Source: Candidatus Woesearchaeota archaeon
Lineage (GTDB): Archaea > Nanobdellota > Nanobdellia > SCGC-AAA011-G17 > GW2011-AR17
DNA length: 18,061 nt
Reading direction: 5' to 3'
NCBI GenBank assembly: GCA_964343245.1
Contig: CAYFIU010000010.1
Span: 1 to 18,061, forward strand
Positions 16,041 through 18,061 of the stretch are shown piece by piece; the first letter of the stretch is position 1, and every line of letters begins with the position of its first letter. The notes beneath the pieces are model-generated. The model saw only the letters and a program-made list of their open reading frames with translations, did not search any database and was not told the DNA's origin. Position numbers and translations under genes: made by a program.

Positions 16041-16135
16041 CAATCTATGAAGAAGAAGATTTAAACAAGCTTCTAGAAGAAGAAGTAATAGACGACTTTG
16101 AAGAAGCATTCATGCGAGGTTATCTAGCGGGATAA
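16025..16135 (+). CDS. Tiny ORF c, 36 aa, strongly acidic (MAEILTIYEEEDLNKLLEEEVIDDFEEAFMRGYLAG)
   Basis: The ATG is preceded by GGAGGTG (16013-16019) with a 5-nt spacer. The extended 13-mer AGAAAGGAGGTGA is shared with ORF b. The stop overlaps the first bases of the next promoter box. Confidence 0.4.
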   Translation: MAEILTIYEEEDLNKLLEEEVIDDFEEAFMRGYLAG

Positions 16136-16145
16136 ACCTTAAATA
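16134..16145 (+). promoter_or_regulatory. BRE/TATA-type promoter box AAACCTTAAATA for the metallophosphoesterase gene
   Basis: An identical 12-mer occurs three times in the window (16134, 17456, 17941). Each copy ends exactly 22 nt before an ATG, here the ATG at 16168. Confidence 0.7.
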
Positions 16146-16167
16146 CTTTTTTTCTTTGTTTAAACAC

Positions 16168-16758
16168 ATGAAAATACTAGCATTCGCAGATCCTCACTCA
16201 CATGAAGAGCATATTAAAGAAATAAAAAAGAAATCTAAAAGTGCAGATATAATAATTTGCGCAGGTGACTTAAGCTGGTTCGGAAAAAACCTAAACAAAC
16301 TTCTAAAACAATTAAACACAATAAAGAAGCCAGTTTACATAATCCAAGGCAACCATGAAGAAGCAAAAGACATGAACAAACTTTGCAAACCACTAAAGAA
16401 TGTTCACTTCATGCACAAAAAACTTTACAGGCTAGGGAACCATGTTTTCCTTTTCTATGGCAACTCAGGACTTTCAACAAGAGAACCAGATTTTTGGAAA
16501 TTTGCAAAGAAAGCAATGAAAGAAGTGAAAAAAACAGACAAAGTAATTCTAGTAACACATGGCCCACCTTCAAAAACAAAGTTAGACCTTCTACCCTGTG
16601 GGCATGTTGGTTGCAAAGATATTAAACAATTCATATTAAAATACAAACCTATGTTATACATCTGTGGGCACTTACATGAGAACTTTGGAATAAAAGAGAT
16701 TAAGAAAAAATCCTTAATGATTAATCCAGGCCCTGATGGCAAGATACTTAAGGTATAA
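16168..16758 (+). CDS. Calcineurin-like metallophosphoesterase
   Basis: Ordered motifs: FADPHSH (DxH), AGDLSWFG (GD), QGNHE (GNHE), VTHGPP, CGHLHEN (GHxH). The track start at 16156 is TTG. The ATG at 16168 (MKILAFAD) fits the 22-nt promoter spacing. Confidence 0.85.
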   Translation: MKILAFADPHSHEEHIKEIKKKSKSADIIICAGDLSWFGKNLNKLLKQLNTIKKPVYIIQGNHEEAKDMNKLCKPLKNVHFMHKKLYRLGNHVFLFYGNSGLSTREPDFWKFAKKAMKEVKKTDKVILVTHGPPSKTKLDLLPCGHVGCKDIKQFILKYKPMLYICGHLHENFGIKEIKKKSLMINPGPDGKILKV

Positions 16759-17062
16759 GTTTGATTTGCATACAGTTATCATTTTGCAATTTGAATTCAA
16801 CCTTCTCACCTTTTCGCAAGCTCAACACATCACTAATCTCTTTAGGTATTCTTAATATTAAATTGCTTTTGACTTTACTAAGCTTAACTCTAAATTCCTG
16901 CTTCTTCAGTTTATTCAGAAGTAAGATTCTTTCAGCTTGGATAGGCTCATAAATAACCTCGCCACATCCCTTACAAACCCACCCACTAATTTTATACCTA
17001 TTAAATGTTAAATCTTTAGTAAACTTTGCTAATTTTCCGCATGAACATATAATTCCTTTCAT
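16748..17062 (-). CDS. Zinc-ribbon plus AbrB/SpoVT (MazE-like) domain protein, antitoxin-type
   Basis: N-terminal CSCG...CKGCG zinc-ribbon spacing. C-terminal KVKSNLILRIPKEISDVLSLRKGEKVEFKL matches the swapped-hairpin AbrB/SpoVT pattern. The start overlaps the upstream ORF stop (ATGA), with a GAGGT SD about 13 nt upstream. Confidence 0.7.
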   Translation of the reverse strand: MKGIICSCGKLAKFTKDLTFNRYKISGWVCKGCGEVIYEPIQAERILLLNKLKKQEFRVKLSKVKSNLILRIPKEISDVLSLRKGEKVEFKLQNDNCMQIKLIP

Positions 17063-17250
17063 TTTCTTTTTGTAAACCTCCCTAAATGCTTTATCAAGTA
17101 TATCTCTTCTTCAAATTGAACACTGTAAGCCTTAACAATAACTATGTTATAGACTTTCTTCCAATAATCCAACCATTTCTCTTCAGTACCTTTACTTCTT
17201 TTCCTTACTTCATAACCTTTCTCAAGGATTTTTTTACAATCCTCAAGCAT
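17059..17250 (-). CDS. 63-aa ORF, C-terminal part of a DUF4258-like toxin-type protein (tentative)
   Basis: Translationally coupled (ATGA) to the AbrB-type gene. YNIVIVKAYSVQFEEEIYLIKHLG resembles the C-terminal beta core of small toxin families. The same frame continues upstream across a single TGA (see 17263-17373). Confidence 0.5.
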   Translation of the reverse strand: MLEDCKKILEKGYEVRKRSKGTEEKWLDYWKKVYNIVIVKAYSVQFEEEIYLIKHLGRFTKRK

Positions 17251-17262
17251 AAATCCATAATG

Positions 17263-17373
17263 TCAAAGTTCATTTCTCGCACTATTTGTTGGATATAACC
17301 TTAAACCTTTATATCTAACATATGTTATGGGCTTATGTTTAGGTAATATGTTATCCTTATTAAACTTTTCCAT
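17263..17373 (-). pseudogene. 36-codon ORF ending at in-frame TGA; apparent 5' part of the toxin-type gene (split or disrupted gene)
   Basis: Manual translation gives MEKFNKDNILPKHKPITYVRYKGLRLYPTNSARNEL then TGA (17263-17265). HYGF follows, then the ATG at 17250, all in one frame. The promoter-like box lies upstream of 17373, not of 17250. Confidence 0.4.
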
Positions 17374-17374
17374 A

Positions 17375-17399
17375 AAAGAGTATATTAAAATTACTCTTT
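17375..17399. promoter_or_regulatory. Perfect 8-bp inverted repeat AAAGAGTA-N9-TACTCTTT, candidate operator of the TA-like operon
   Basis: Arms at 17375-17382 and 17392-17399. It sits between the minus-strand ATG (17373) and the TATA-like box CTTTCTTAAAGA (plus 17395-17406), overlapping that box and the predicted start site. Confidence 0.4.
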
Positions 17400-17455
17400 A
17401 AGAAAGCATAACCAAGAAATATAGAAAATTTCCAAAGAGTCGGGAATATTTACCT

Positions 17456-17467
17456 AAACCTTAAATA
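17456..17467 (+). promoter_or_regulatory. BRE/TATA-type promoter box AAACCTTAAATA for the 150-aa ORF
   Basis: Identical 12-mer, ending exactly 22 nt before the ATG at 17490. Confidence 0.7.
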
Positions 17468-17489
17468 CTCTAGGAAAAAAATCTAACTC

Positions 17490-17942
17490 ATGGCAATGCA
17501 ACAAGTTAATGCACTCAAGTGTGATCTTTGTGATTTATTAACAACAGACTGGGATACAGCAGAGCAACATGGAGAAATTGAAAGAGCGTTTAGATTTAAT
17601 GTTGGACTGGTGTATTGGAGTTCAAAAGCAAGAAAGGTAAGAGTACTTGTAGGATATGGTACTCCAAGTAAACATGAAATAGATCATACACATAACTTTC
17701 ATTACACAACATGCACACCTGAATTTGGTGCACACCAACCAAAAAGGGAAGGTACAACAACTTCAAGGACTTTAGTTGCAGCATTGAGGCCTGTTGGTAT
17801 GGGTGATTGTAATTATAGATTATTGGAAGAGAGAGAACTTGAAGAGTTTAGAATGGCTTGGGATGCATGGGAAGACAAACCAGCAGATTATCCAACAGGA
17901 GAACAATTATTTAGACAAGTCCCACCAAGTTTGATAGCATAA
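17490..17942 (+). CDS. Hypothetical protein, 150 aa, Cys/His-containing
   Basis: ATG ORF with a canonical promoter box at fixed spacing. It contains CDLC and HEIDHTHNFHYTTC, which are possible metal ligands. No family recognised. Confidence 0.6.
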   Translation: MAMQQVNALKCDLCDLLTTDWDTAEQHGEIERAFRFNVGLVYWSSKARKVRVLVGYGTPSKHEIDHTHNFHYTTCTPEFGAHQPKREGTTTSRTLVAALRPVGMGDCNYRLLEERELEEFRMAWDAWEDKPADYPTGEQLFRQVPPSLIA

Positions 17943-17952
17943 ACCTTAAATA
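17941..17952 (+). promoter_or_regulatory. BRE/TATA-type promoter box AAACCTTAAATA for uppP
   Basis: Identical 12-mer, ending exactly 22 nt before the ATG at 17975. Confidence 0.7.
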
Positions 17953-17974
17953 ATTCTCAACAAACTTTATACAG

Positions 17975-18061
17975 ATGAACATACTAGAATCAATCTTTTT
18001 AGGTATCATTCAAGGTATAACAGAATGGTTGCCTATTTCATCTTCTGGCCACTTAGTGATA
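17975..18061 (+). CDS. uppP: Undecaprenyl/polyprenyl-diphosphatase (UppP/BacA family), 5' end, partial
   Basis: The translation [29 protein letters not shown] contains the family N-terminal signature QG-x-TE-x-LP-x-SSSGHL. Truncated by the window edge. Confidence 0.85.
   Translation, partial: MNILESIFLGIIQGITEWLPISSSGHLVI

Noticed and set aside
17263-17265. In-frame TGA as evidence for an alternative genetic code (TGA as sense codon)
   Set aside because: TGA cleanly terminates other ORFs in the window at positions consistent with family C-termini or translational coupling (133-135, 6189-6191, and the ATGA at 17059-17062). A standard code with a nonsense mutation or readthrough is more parsimonious.
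15201-17784. Internal or antisense ORFs 15201-15479, 16383-16625, 16455-16742, 16761-16952, 17086-17298 and 17596-17784
   Set aside because: Each is nested within or antisense to a gene with clear family motifs (Orc1/Cdc6, metallophosphoesterase, AbrB-type, toxin-type, 150-aa ORF) and lacks start signals.
1-18061. CRISPR arrays, transposases, integrases or prophage boundaries
   Set aside because: No regularly spaced direct repeats, no terminal inverted repeats and no recombinase-like ORFs were seen on either strand. The only DNA repeats are intragenic domain duplications and short promoter or SD motifs.

Overview
AT-rich, very gene-dense fragment that reads as an archaeal chromosome, most likely a small-genome DPANN-type lineage. 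That assignment is inference from three things: an Orc1/Cdc6 gene, TATA-type promoter boxes ending about 20-24 nt upstream of most first-gene ATGs (implying leaderless mRNAs), and GGAGG-type Shine-Dalgarno sites mainly before operon-internal genes. The left half (about 1.4-11.1 kb) is a cell-surface island. It holds two secreted cadherin-like repeat proteins that share an unusual module, a CARDB-like membrane-anchored protein, two tandem secreted paralogs, and a secreted transglutaminase-like enzyme. It also holds a 747-aa mosaic protein made of a helical N-domain, an Ala/Gly hydrophobic segment, a poly-Asp spacer and a beta-barrel-like C-terminal half; this protein is the most unusual gene here. 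The right half is housekeeping or accessory: a circularly permuted GTPase, a DAGK-fold kinase, aldose 1-epimerase, Orc1/Cdc6, a metallophosphoesterase and the UppP 5' end. Three further items lie in the right half. One is a three-gene cluster of tiny overlapping SD-led ORFs directly 3' of orc1. One is a toxin-antitoxin-like pair whose first gene is split by an in-frame TGA and is preceded by a perfect palindrome. One is a 51-aa zinc-ribbon gene absent from the ORF track. I saw no rRNA, tRNA, CRISPR array, transposase or integrase. All family calls rest on motifs recognised by eye; no searches were run.
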